DNA from: Elusimicrobiota bacterium | GTDB lineage: Bacteria; Elusimicrobiota; Elusimicrobia; F11 | DNA length: 27,229 nucleotides | NCBI GenBank assembly: GCA_046153645.1 | Contig: JBJXGI010000074.1 | Location: 1 to 27,229, forward strand | Direction: 5' to 3' | In this document: piece after piece, positions 18,613 to 27,229 of the stretch | Position numbering within the stretch: position 1 is the stretch's first letter | Layout of the letters: each line of letters starts with the position of its first letter | Translations under genes and position numbers: made by a program | The notes under the pieces: generated by a model | What the model saw: only the letters and a program-made list of their open reading frames with translations | What the model was told of the DNA's origin: nothing | The model's database searches: none

Positions 18613-19932
18613 TTAGAATAAGTAACCGATACCAGCGTTGAATTGATCGATTCCGGTTCCGACTTGATTATCGATATCTTGAAAATCAAATTTAAGGACT
18701 GTATTTGGATGGGGCTTATAAGACAAACCATAAGTGAAAATAGTTTGACTATTGGCGGGGTTTTTTGAAAAACCAGATGGCACCTTTTGCTGGGTGTCCG
18801 TTCGCTCGTATCGGAAAAAAGAAGCCAGGTATTGTTTAGAACCAACAAGACTTAGCAGGTCAAAAGCAATCTCAGCATAACCTCCAAACTGTTTTTCACC
18901 AACAGAGGCCGTCGTCGAGCGGTTTTGAATGGAATTGAGGTCTGCCACGTCATCGATTTTGCTTTGAGCGTAAAGACCTTTTAATTCAAGTCCTTTATAT
19001 TCAGTCATAACATGAGTTTCCCATAATTTTACGTTGACGTCGATTTCATTTCCGTTACGCGTCACATCTTGACCAGCATTTCCATTATAATAAGATCCCC
19101 CCATCAGCGTGCCTTGAATGCCCTCATAGTCTAACCGTGCCACAAAAGCAAAATCTTCGGCAACGGACTTGGCTCCTTTGGAGCGCCCCCCTCGAATACC
19201 GCTCGAACTAAAACCATCAACACCCGAAAGCGTACTTGAAGAAGCTTGAAGCCCAGTAACAATATAAGTTCGATAATTGAAAGAGCCGGCTTGTCCGAAA
19301 ATTCCAACGCCGTTTTCACGCCAGGTTGTGGGAATAATATTGGTTTCAGTAAGCGTCCGTCGAGCCCCGTGAAAAAGAGTCGGTTCATGAAGCTCATTGG
19401 TGATACCCATCGGTACAAGAACCAACCCAGCTCGTGCGCCAAAAGCAGGGTTGGCAATGAAATCAAGGTAAGCAAACTCAACGCTGACCTCTCCGCGGGC
19501 ATTGGCCCCACCAGCCGTACTGCCATGTTCAAATTCAATCTCTGAATTAAATAAAATCTTATCTGTAAATTTGTGGCCCACATAAACAATGGCCCTCAGA
19601 AAATCCAACTCACTCTTTTTATTAGCCGCTAGGCCGGCATCTGTTCTGCTATCGAAATTTTGATAAATCATTTCACCATATCCACCGATGGATACACCTT
19701 TATTGACGTGATATACCTTAGAAGCGGCTGGCGAAAATCCGAATTTACTTTCATAAATAGGCTCTGATGCGACATCACCCAATTTTCCTTTTTCAATCTC
19801 CTGCGTCAGAATTTCAATTTTTCTCTCCATTTCTTTTTTCCAAGCTGCGTCACTGGCATCATCAGCTTGAAGCTGAATGACAGGGTGTAAACACATTCCC
19901 CCCATCATTATTGCCGCTATTAATTTCTTCAC
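18613..19932 (-). CDS. Outer-membrane porin with N-terminal coiled coil
   Basis: GTG start with GAGGAG RBS, signal peptide, IGGYGE, FNSEIEFEH, C-terminal GIGYLF. Confidence 0.85.
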   Translation of the reverse strand: MKKLIAAIMMGGMCLHPVIQLQADDASDAAWKKEMERKIEILTQEIEKGKLGDVASEPIYESKFGFSPAASKVYHVNKGVSIGGYGEMIYQNFDSRTDAGLAANKKSELDFLRAIVYVGHKFTDKILFNSEIEFEHGSTAGGANARGEVSVEFAYLDFIANPAFGARAGLVLVPMGITNELHEPTLFHGARRTLTETNIIPTTWRENGVGIFGQAGSFNYRTYIVTGLQASSSTLSGVDGFSSSGIRGGRSKGAKSVAEDFAFVARLDYEGIQGTLMGGSYYNGNAGQDVTRNGNEIDVNVKLWETHVMTEYKGLELKGLYAQSKIDDVADLNSIQNRSTTASVGEKQFGGYAEIAFDLLSLVGSKQYLASFFRYERTDTQQKVPSGFSKNPANSQTIFTYGLSYKPHPNTVLKFDFQDIDNQVGTGIDQFNAGIGYLF

Positions 19933-19979
19933 GTCATTATTCCTCCTTTTTATATTTTAAGAAACCTATTCAATCGAAC

Positions 19980-20864
19980 TTATGATTTTGGAAATTGAGA
20001 TGAAGGCATTTGTATCCATCCCTGCTCCGATGGAATGAGATACAGAACAGAAGAATTCTTAAATTGTTTTTCGATCATTTTAATGCCTTTTTCTGATCCC
20101 AAGACCAAGAGGGCCGTTGAAAGAGCATCGGCTTCTGTCGCAGTGGGAGAAACAACAGTCACGCTCCCCTTAAAATCAACAGGTTTGCCGGATCTTGGAT
20201 CAATAATATGGTTCTTTCGTTCAAGTTGGGATGAAGTGGATACGGATCCATTGGAAATATAAAAGGTGAGAACGTTTTTCTTAGGGTCTAATGGATCAAC
20301 CAGTGAAACGGGGTAGGGCAAATTCGACTGATTAAATACGAGGATGTTTCCCGAAAAATTAAGCTCTGCTGATTGAATACCATTTTGTTTTAATATAACG
20401 GTAGCTTTGTCGAGAGCGTAACCTTTCCCAATTCCTCCAAAATCAACTTGTATGTCAGAAGTTTGAAACGATAGGCTTTGGTCTTTTTCATTTAAAATGA
20501 TTTTCTGATAGCCGTTATTTTTCAAAGTAACATCAAAAGCGCCGTTGGTTTTTTCAGAAAATGATATTGACTCTCGCATAAGAGAAAACATGTCAAATGA
20601 ACAAAACTGAGTTTTTTGACTCGCCAAACGATTAACAGTTGAAACCTCACTAACAGCGCGATAGGCACTAAAAATATCTTCTAATCGAGAAATTTCAAGG
20701 AAAGCTTTCGTAATGGCGGTATTGACATGATCCTCGGTTTCTCCGATGGCGTGAATCTCACAGAGCGTCCCCATCAAATATTGAACGCGACTGACCTCAG
20801 CAGCATTTCCAACAAAAGAAGAAGCCCCCAACAAAAAAAAAGCAGATAAGATTTTTTTAAGCAT
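19980..20864 (-). CDS. apbE: FAD:protein FMN transferase
   Basis: LMGT, GAFDVT, DFGGIGKGYALD, HIIDPRSG, ADALSTA. Confidence 0.93.
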   Translation of the reverse strand: MLKKILSAFFLLGASSFVGNAAEVSRVQYLMGTLCEIHAIGETEDHVNTAITKAFLEISRLEDIFSAYRAVSEVSTVNRLASQKTQFCSFDMFSLMRESISFSEKTNGAFDVTLKNNGYQKIILNEKDQSLSFQTSDIQVDFGGIGKGYALDKATVILKQNGIQSAELNFSGNILVFNQSNLPYPVSLVDPLDPKKNVLTFYISNGSVSTSSQLERKNHIIDPRSGKPVDFKGSVTVVSPTATEADALSTALLVLGSEKGIKMIEKQFKNSSVLYLIPSEQGWIQMPSSQFPKS

Positions 20865-20896
20865 ATGTCCTCAAAAAGTAGTTTTAAACGAGTTCC

Positions 20897-20925
20897 ATTA
20901 TTTATTTTATTAGATATCATGTCAA
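20897..20925 (-). promoter_or_regulatory. Sigma70-type promoter of the apbE operon
   Basis: TTGACA (20920-20925), 17-nt spacer, AATAAT (20897-20902). Confidence 0.6.
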
Positions 20926-20933
20926 CATCTTAT

Positions 20934-20948
20934 TGATATTTTATTTCA
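20934..20948. promoter_or_regulatory. Fur-like 7-1-7 box
   Basis: TGATATT-T-TATTTCA, 10/14 match to TGATAAT-N-ATTATCA, 8 bp upstream of the -35. The AT-rich context weakens the call. Confidence 0.4.
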
Positions 20949-21081
20949 TATTAGGGAAAAGAATGCACTGAATCGAGAAAGGAAAAAACCTTGGCCCGGG
21001 GTAACGACTCTGGTTAAAGAGCAATGAGCATCAGGAGGGACTAGACAACTTTTATGTATCAATTGCTATTGAAATATATTT

Positions 21082-22539
21082 TCACAAAAGAGGACTAAAA
21101 AGGCGGGCACTGCCATCTCGAAGTCGCATCCACAGCGGACGGGAATCCACTTCTTCTAGAGTTACACTTCGAGACGCTTTTATTTTCAAATTGATCATTT
21201 CTTCAAGTTTCCGAGCCAAGGTGATATCGTAACACTCCACATTAAATTCAAAATTAAGCCTTAAACTTCGCTGATCCCAATTAGTTGAACCAAATAAACT
21301 CCACGCGCCGTCTACAACCATTAATTTGGTGTGATCAAAAGGCGGTTTAGAAAACCACACTCGACACCCTTTCTCAAGTAACTGCCAAAGCAGCGCTTGC
21401 GAAGCCCAGCGAATCATGACCATGTCATTACTCTCTGGAATAATAATATCGACTTCCACTCCACTCATCGCCGCCATGTTTAAAGCAGTAATTAAACTTT
21501 GATCCGGCACAAAATAGGGCGTCACAATTTTCACGCTTTTTTGCGCGTTGGCAAGAGCCCCCAAAATAGCCCAACGGCATATTTCAAAATTTTCATCAGG
21601 GCCATCTGCAATTCCTCTAGCTAAAGTAATCCCCGCTCGCCATAAAGGAGGAAACCATTTTTCCCCCTGAAGCACTTCTTTCGTCGAAAAAAACCAATCT
21701 TCAATAAAAGCTTCTTGCAATGAAAAAACAACGGGGCCTTCGCATTTAAAATGAAGATCAAAAGTGGGCTTTTTTGTTTTCAAACCGATGAGATTTTCCT
21801 CGTGAATATTCATCCCGCCCGTAAATCCAACTTTCCCATCAATCGTTAATATTTTTCGATGGTTCCTTAAGTTTAAGTAGGCCATTCGCCAAGGAGCCAG
21901 CGTGGGCATAAAATAAGCGACATTAATATTTTTTTCCGTCAAGCGTTTGTAAACTTTAGACCATTGATATCCAGATCCAACATCGTCGATCAGAGCACGA
22001 ATTTCCACTTTTCGCTTAGCCGCACGAGCGAGCGCTTGAATAATGAGCTCTCCGGCTCGGTCATTATTAAAAATGAAAGTAGAAAGTCCAATAGAATGCT
22101 CAGCTGAATCAATGGCCTGCACCATCTCTGGATAGGCCTCATCGCCATTGATAAGGGGAGTGATTTTATTCCCTTCCAAAAGAGGTTTTTTATCAACCTT
22201 TTCAACTAAACGAGAAACCGCGTTTAAATGACCCAGGGTCGGAGACAAAAGACTAATAACTTGAGATGAACTAACCACTGATTTTTCTATAGAAGGCGCA
22301 ACGGCAGAAATATTTTTTCGAATTTTAGATGCCTTTCTCTCAATACGATTAATTCCAAATAGATAGTAAAAAAGAGCCCCCAAATAAGGGAGAACCCAGG
22401 CAACCCCAACCCACAAAAGAGCTGACTTCGAGTCCCTTTTTCGAACAATCGCATGCATGGAGATAAAAAGCGATAAGAGAATTCCTGAAACCAGAAAAAC
22501 AATGTGAATTCTTTCAAGATGTATCAAAGAGAGATTCAT
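21082..22539 (-). CDS. cls: Cardiolipin synthase
   Basis: Two N-terminal TMs and two HKD motifs (HRKILTID, HTKLMVVD). Confidence 0.92.
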   Translation of the reverse strand: MNLSLIHLERIHIVFLVSGILLSLFISMHAIVRKRDSKSALLWVGVAWVLPYLGALFYYLFGINRIERKASKIRKNISAVAPSIEKSVVSSSQVISLLSPTLGHLNAVSRLVEKVDKKPLLEGNKITPLINGDEAYPEMVQAIDSAEHSIGLSTFIFNNDRAGELIIQALARAAKRKVEIRALIDDVGSGYQWSKVYKRLTEKNINVAYFMPTLAPWRMAYLNLRNHRKILTIDGKVGFTGGMNIHEENLIGLKTKKPTFDLHFKCEGPVVFSLQEAFIEDWFFSTKEVLQGEKWFPPLWRAGITLARGIADGPDENFEICRWAILGALANAQKSVKIVTPYFVPDQSLITALNMAAMSGVEVDIIIPESNDMVMIRWASQALLWQLLEKGCRVWFSKPPFDHTKLMVVDGAWSLFGSTNWDQRSLRLNFEFNVECYDITLARKLEEMINLKIKASRSVTLEEVDSRPLWMRLRDGSARLFSPLL

Positions 22540-22570
22540 ATTTTTTTATTTTTATGATATTACCTAATAC

Positions 22571-24040
22571 ATGAGGAGAATAATAATTTCCACCTACGCT
22601 CTAGCATTCTTTATTTTATCCCCGCCCTTATTCGCCAAACCGAAACTCATTGTTTTTATCATTATTGACCAGATGCGGGCTGATTACTTTGATCGCTTTT
22701 CTTCTCAGTGGGAAGGTGGTTTTAAAAAATTTCAAAACCAAGGTGCCTTTTTTAAGGAAGCGCATCACCGACATGTTCCCACTGAAACCGCTCCCGGCCA
22801 TGCGGTTATTTCAACAGGGCGATCTCCCAGGCAAAACGGCATTATTGGAAATGAATGGTATGATAGAAACTCAAAAAAAGTAACACCTTCAGTCTTTGAC
22901 CCCATATACAAATTAAGCCCAGAAAACCTTAAAACCCCGACACTGGGAGACATCTTAAAAGACCAAGACCCCACAACAAAAGTAGTTTCAATCTCACTAA
23001 AAGATCGATCTGCCCTATTTATGGGTGGCAAAAAAGCCAATTTAAGTATTTGGTTTGATCGGGGAAGAAAAAAGTTCGAGTCCTCCGCTTATTTTGCGCC
23101 GCTTCCTAGCACCATAGAAGAATTTAATCGTGAACTAAAACAAAATGAGCCCGCGCTTGATGGTTTTTCCCCAACAGCTGGTTTTGAATTTTCTCAATCA
23201 TCAAAAGCGGATTTCTGGTTATTTAAATTGGCTCTTTTTCTCTTAGAAAAAGAAAATTTAGGAAAAGATTCCAGCACGGACATTCTATCAGTGAGCTTTT
23301 CAACCCCTGACTATATTGGACATCGATTTGGCCCCGACAGTGAGGAAATTAAACGCGAATATCAATCCCTCGATTTAACTCTTCAAGATTTAATAGATGA
23401 AGTTTCGAGGCAGATTGGTGAAGATCAGATTTTATGGGTGTTAACCGCTGACCATGGAGTTCTTCCTATCCCAGAATCTAAAGAGGGTCTTAAAATGGGT
23501 GCTAAGCGGATTTTCGCAAAAAATTTAACCCAAGATTTTGAAGCTCGCCTCAAAAAAGTTTTCCCTGCTATTAAAGGGAAAATAATTTCACAATGCCTTA
23601 TTCCTGATGTTTATTTGGAACCTTCAATTATTCCGAAAAGGCCCCATGAGCGAGCGTTCTTTTTTGAAAAAATTTACGCCACTCTCATACAAAACCCTGA
23701 TATCGCAAACATTTATATCCCAGGTACATCGAAAAAAAACTCCGTTACAGAGAATTTCTATTTTGATCAAAGTTATTATGCAGGAAGATCGGGTGATTTT
23801 TTGGTACAGGTAAAACCAGGGATTCTCGTCACTGACAAAAAATCAGGAACCAGTCATGGAACCGTTTATAACTACGACACACATGTTCCTCTCATTTTTA
23901 TGGGCAAAGGAATCAAGCCTCAAATCATTACTCAAAAAGTCAGTACTCTCGATATTGTTCCCACTATTGCCAGTTGTTTGGACCTTTCTTTTCAATCATC
24001 GGAAGACTCGCAGTCTCTTTTAAATCTTATTAACAAATAA
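22571..24040 (+). CDS. PafA-like alkaline phosphatase superfamily protein
   Basis: Signal peptide, IDQMRAD, PTETAPGHA (Thr nucleophile), SLKDR, DYIGH, TADHG, SHG. Confidence 0.88.
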   Translation: MRRIIISTYALAFFILSPPLFAKPKLIVFIIIDQMRADYFDRFSSQWEGGFKKFQNQGAFFKEAHHRHVPTETAPGHAVISTGRSPRQNGIIGNEWYDRNSKKVTPSVFDPIYKLSPENLKTPTLGDILKDQDPTTKVVSISLKDRSALFMGGKKANLSIWFDRGRKKFESSAYFAPLPSTIEEFNRELKQNEPALDGFSPTAGFEFSQSSKADFWLFKLALFLLEKENLGKDSSTDILSVSFSTPDYIGHRFGPDSEEIKREYQSLDLTLQDLIDEVSRQIGEDQILWVLTADHGVLPIPESKEGLKMGAKRIFAKNLTQDFEARLKKVFPAIKGKIISQCLIPDVYLEPSIIPKRPHERAFFFEKIYATLIQNPDIANIYIPGTSKKNSVTENFYFDQSYYAGRSGDFLVQVKPGILVTDKKSGTSHGTVYNYDTHVPLIFMGKGIKPQIITQKVSTLDIVPTIASCLDLSFQSSEDSQSLLNLINK

Positions 24041-24084
24041 TCTACAGGAAATAACCACCGTCCCCATACAAAATGGCCAGAAAA

Positions 24085-24123
24085 TAGAAAATCCAGGTCG
24101 AGCATATCGGCCTGGATTTTCTA
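24085..24123. terminator. Bidirectional intrinsic terminator
   Basis: TAGAAAATCCAGG...CCTGGATTTTCTA, perfect 13-bp arms between convergent genes, T-rich on both strands. Confidence 0.85.
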
Positions 24124-24145
24124 GAACTACTATCGCTAATTTAAA

Positions 24146-24178
24146 TTAGCATCCGCAAGGGCTTTTAGGACCGAACAT
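24146..24178 (-). CDS. Putative 10-aa micropeptide MFGPKSPCGC
   Basis: GGAGGTGAT-ATT-ATG TTC GGT CCT AAA AGC CCT TGC GGA TGC TAA; lies between the peroxiredoxin stop and the terminator. Confidence 0.6.
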   Translation of the reverse strand: MFGPKSPCGC

Positions 24179-24242
24179 AATATCACCTCCAAATAAATTT
24201 AAAAAAAAATCCCCCATTGCAAGCTTCGAGGATGAGAACCAC

Positions 24243-24824
24243 CTATTTTACTGTCGCGAAATATTCTTTTGCACCTTTAGGATCGGCTTTCATGGTTTGA
24301 GCCCCAGGTTTCCAACTAGAAGGGCACACTTCGCCAGTTTTTTCTACTTGTTGAAAAGCAGCCAAAACTCTTAAAGTTTCTTCAGGATTTCTTCCCACGG
24401 CTAAATCATGAACCACTTCATAAGCAATTTGCCCTTTGGGATTAATAATGAATAATCCACGCAGCGCCAAACCAGCTTCTGTTAAAACGCCATAATCATT
24501 GGCAATCGTTTTATTCAAATCGGAAAGAAGAGGATAATTGATTTCGCCCAAACCGCCTTCTTTACGAGGGGTATTAATCCAAGCAAGGTGGGTGTAATGA
24601 CTATCAACGGAGCAACCAATAAGTTCGGCATTTAACTTCTTAAATTCCTCAGCTTTATTTGAAAAATCAACAATTTCTGTTGGACAAACAAAGGTGAAAT
24701 CCAAGGGATAAAAGAACAAAATAACCCATTTCCCTTTATATTGAGACAATGAAACATCTCGAAATTCATGACCAACGACGGCTTTGCCCTTAAAATCAGG
24801 GGCTGATTTTTGCACAAGACTCAT
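24243..24824 (-). CDS. ahpC: 2-Cys peroxiredoxin (Prx1/AhpC family)
   Basis: [17 protein letters not shown], resolving VCP, C-terminal YF. Confidence 0.93.
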   Translation of the reverse strand: MSLVQKSAPDFKGKAVVGHEFRDVSLSQYKGKWVILFFYPLDFTFVCPTEIVDFSNKAEEFKKLNAELIGCSVDSHYTHLAWINTPRKEGGLGEINYPLLSDLNKTIANDYGVLTEAGLALRGLFIINPKGQIAYEVVHDLAVGRNPEETLRVLAAFQQVEKTGEVCPSSWKPGAQTMKADPKGAKEYFATVK

Positions 24825-24850
24825 AACTTTACTCTCCTTAGATGAAATAA

Positions 24851-25462
24851 TTATTTTTCTTCAATTGTAAGCTTCGTGATTGTAACAGCGGTTTTAGGGC
24901 GATCGTTCCCATCTTTATCAACTTTGCTAATTTTTTCTACCACGTCATAACCTTCTGTCACTTCACCAAAAATTGTGTGGTTATTGTTGAGCCATGGTGT
25001 TTTAGCGGTGGTCACAAAAAACTGACTCCCGTTCGTTCCAGGGCCTGCGTTGGCCATCGCCAAAATTCCTACTTTATCGAACGTTTTTCCTGAGGAAAAT
25101 TCATCTTGAAATTGATAACCAGGACCGCCGGTTCCGGTTCCAAGAGGATCTCCCCCTTGAATCATGAAATTAGGAATAACGCGGTGGAAAACAAGTCCAT
25201 CATAAAAAGCTCTTTTTGTTTTTTGACCGTTTTTGGGATCCACAAATTCTTTGGTTCCTTTGGCTAAATCAACGAAATTTTTTACTGTGATGGGCGCTTC
25301 AGCGGTAAAGAGTTTACAAGTGAATTTCCCAAGGGTTGTATCGAATACAGCATAGGTTGTTTTGTTACTCATAGATGATATTTTCTCCGTTTTAGATTGC
25401 GCGATAATGATCCCCGAAACAAGGGCCATACCGGCTAGAGTTAATGAAATCTTTTTAAACAT
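24851..25462 (-). CDS. Exported cyclophilin-type peptidyl-prolyl isomerase
   Basis: Signal peptide, [29 protein letters not shown]. Confidence 0.95.
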   Translation of the reverse strand: MFKKISLTLAGMALVSGIIIAQSKTEKISSMSNKTTYAVFDTTLGKFTCKLFTAEAPITVKNFVDLAKGTKEFVDPKNGQKTKRAFYDGLVFHRVIPNFMIQGGDPLGTGTGGPGYQFQDEFSSGKTFDKVGILAMANAGPGTNGSQFFVTTAKTPWLNNNHTIFGEVTEGYDVVEKISKVDKDGNDRPKTAVTITKLTIEEK

Positions 25463-25565
25463 GAATTGTTACCTCCGTATGAAAAGTTTGTTTCATTACG
25501 ATGAGAATATCATTTTGTTCCAGAAGAATCGATAAGAGGCGTGCATTATTAAATCAGAAAATGGG

Positions 25566-26492
25566 CTATCCCTTGTCAGAGAGTAATTTTTTCTTAACAG
25601 TCTTTTCAAACTGAAGTAAATGAAGCAAGTTTTCAGTTTTATCTTTTCCCCAACGGCCGAACCAATATCCAAGGCGTTTTAATTGCAAATCGCTAGCAGA
25701 AAATAGCTGAGAAGGGACTGGCAATTGATGAATGACTTGGTCATCAATATGAGCATCTTCTTTGATAAAAAAGGCAAGAGCTCCCCACTTTTTTAAAAGA
25801 AATAACGCGGGGCGTGGATCTTGTTCTTTGAAGAGGTATTCTAATTCATGCCTTCGGCGAACCGGTGACAATAAATCCAGAAACTTTTTTTGGACAGCAA
25901 GAAAAATAAGGCGTTCTGTTTTTTCTTCTATATGAAGCCCCAGCCTTCCAGCAAACCGGGCAGCGCGAAAAACGCGTGTGGGGTCATCTTGAAAACTGAG
26001 GTCGTGTAAAACGCAAAGTTGCTTATTTTCAAGGTCTTTCAAACCACCAAAAGGATCTAACACCTCACCATAAGTAGACTTATTCAATGAGCAAGCGATG
26101 GCGTTGATCGAAAAATCTCTCCGTTTTAAATCAAGCGCCACAGTCGAAGCTTTGACAATAGGGAGTTGAGCTGGCTTTGGATAACTTTCTTCACGAGCCG
26201 TTACAACATCAACTTTTTGATCTTGGTTAAATATAAGTGAAAAGGTTAAAAATTGAGGATGAGAAACCATCTTGACCTTTAAATCTTCCGCTATCCTTTT
26301 CACCAGTAGCTCAACATTTCCCTCCGACATAAAGTCGGCGTCAAAAATAGGCCGATTTAAAATTAAATCGCGAACCACACCACCAACAATATATAAAGGA
26401 TATTTTTGTAGATCGGAGATGGCACTCATCTTTTGAAAAAGGTCTCTAAAAAATGGCGGGAGAGAAGAAAAGTGCTGCGAACTTAACTTCAT
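25566..26492 (-). CDS. Class II tRNA nucleotidyltransferase (CCA- or A-adding)
   Basis: VGGVVRD...DAD, RRDFSINA, DPFGG, SFQDDPTR. Confidence 0.88.
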   Translation of the reverse strand: MKLSSQHFSSLPPFFRDLFQKMSAISDLQKYPLYIVGGVVRDLILNRPIFDADFMSEGNVELLVKRIAEDLKVKMVSHPQFLTFSLIFNQDQKVDVVTAREESYPKPAQLPIVKASTVALDLKRRDFSINAIACSLNKSTYGEVLDPFGGLKDLENKQLCVLHDLSFQDDPTRVFRAARFAGRLGLHIEEKTERLIFLAVQKKFLDLLSPVRRRHELEYLFKEQDPRPALFLLKKWGALAFFIKEDAHIDDQVIHQLPVPSQLFSASDLQLKRLGYWFGRWGKDKTENLLHLLQFEKTVKKKLLSDKG

Positions 26493-27151
26493 TTTAAGGG
26501 AATAATAAGTTCAGGTTGTGATTGGATGCGTTCATAAGCAGAAACGTATATTTCAAGTTGATCATTCTCTTTTTTTATCCACTCAAGGCCTAATAAAATT
26601 TTATCGCGGTCGCTCCCAGGTAACGTTTCATCAAAAGGCAATACAATAGGCAATCCATAGGTTCTAGCATGAAACGGGCTGAGAAATCGGTATGTTTTTT
26701 TATTCTGGTCGCAAATGGTTTTGGCGATTTCTGACTGAAGAAGCATTTCGTCATCCCATTCTACAGTTGTAATCAAGTCATCTAAACCGAAGAAAGTAAG
26801 CGGGGCATAATCCAAGGTAATAGCTTCTTCATTATTTTCGTCTTCTGATATGGGAAATCTCAATTTTGAAAAATCTTCTTTAGTCTTAGCAATCCATTTT
26901 TCTTTTTCAGAAGCATGGTCAAAAGGGTAAACAAAGGCAAACAGTTCTGCTGTTTTATCATGATAAAGCAAAAAACTTTCAGCGTAGAAAAATTCTTTAC
27001 ATGATTCACATTGGGTCATATTGAGTTCACCACCCAACAAGATATCTCTTAGTTCGGGATCCTCATGAACACTAATTGACGACCAAACCTCTGTTTGATT
27101 GGGGTATTGACACTCTGGGCAAACCACATCTTTGGGGACAATAACTGACAT
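26489..27151 (-). CDS. CpXC-domain protein
   Basis: CPEC...CESC Zn-ribbon-like pair and LLYHD motif; overlaps the nucleotidyltransferase start. Confidence 0.75.
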   Translation of the reverse strand: MSVIVPKDVVCPECQYPNQTEVWSSISVHEDPELRDILLGGELNMTQCESCKEFFYAESFLLYHDKTAELFAFVYPFDHASEKEKWIAKTKEDFSKLRFPISEDENNEEAITLDYAPLTFFGLDDLITTVEWDDEMLLQSEIAKTICDQNKKTYRFLSPFHARTYGLPIVLPFDETLPGSDRDKILLGLEWIKKENDQLEIYVSAYERIQSQPELIIPLK

Positions 27152-27229
27152 ATACCCCTTTTTACATGAATTTTTAAGATTGGAAAATACAAAAAACCTT
27201 AAAAATAGTTATTGAAAAGAATCACACCC

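Noticed and set aside
21025..21098. Tiny + strand ORFs near AGGAGG upstream of apbE (MSIRRD; MYQLLLKYIFTKED)
   Set aside because: The SD lies inside the first ORF and too far from the second ATG; the second overlaps the cls stop antisense.
24121..24245. Selenocysteine recoding of Prx or the micropeptide
   Set aside because: Stops are TAG and TAA and the Cys codons are standard; no in-frame TGA.
437..24817. Numerous overlapping alternative-frame or antisense ORFs (e.g. 437-826, 1027-1287, 2232-2579, 18462-18848, 19131-19589)
   Set aside because: They shadow well-supported genes and show no recognisable motifs.

Overview
AT-rich bacterial chromosomal region, probably from a diderm, since it encodes outer-membrane barrel proteins; the lineage cannot be fixed from sequence alone. 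Left accessory segment: partial VOC/glyoxalase, TMEM175 K+ channel, a GC-richer two-gene cassette (small beta-barrel plus Cys-rich, degenerate M23-like secreted protein), and a 78-aa GIY-YIG nuclease separated from a CCA-less tRNA-His by a structured REP-like element. Core genes follow: GldA/F/G-like ABC system with DUF4340, a 13-aa-repeat coiled-coil protein, mfd, rlmD, yunC-like, ABC-F, DsbD plus redoxin, an ApbE/porin/FMN-binding/His-containing membrane protein operon behind a Fur-like box, cls, a PafA-like phosphatase, 2-Cys peroxiredoxin, cyclophilin, tRNA nucleotidyltransferase and a CpXC protein. Most notable: (1) an unannotated 10-aa ORF MFGPKSPCGC with a perfect 9-nt Shine-Dalgarno between the peroxiredoxin and its terminator; (2) a flavinylation operon with a possible new heme-b membrane partner; (3) the tRNA-abutting hairpin/GIY-YIG module. 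All calls come from reading motifs by eye; no database searches were run.
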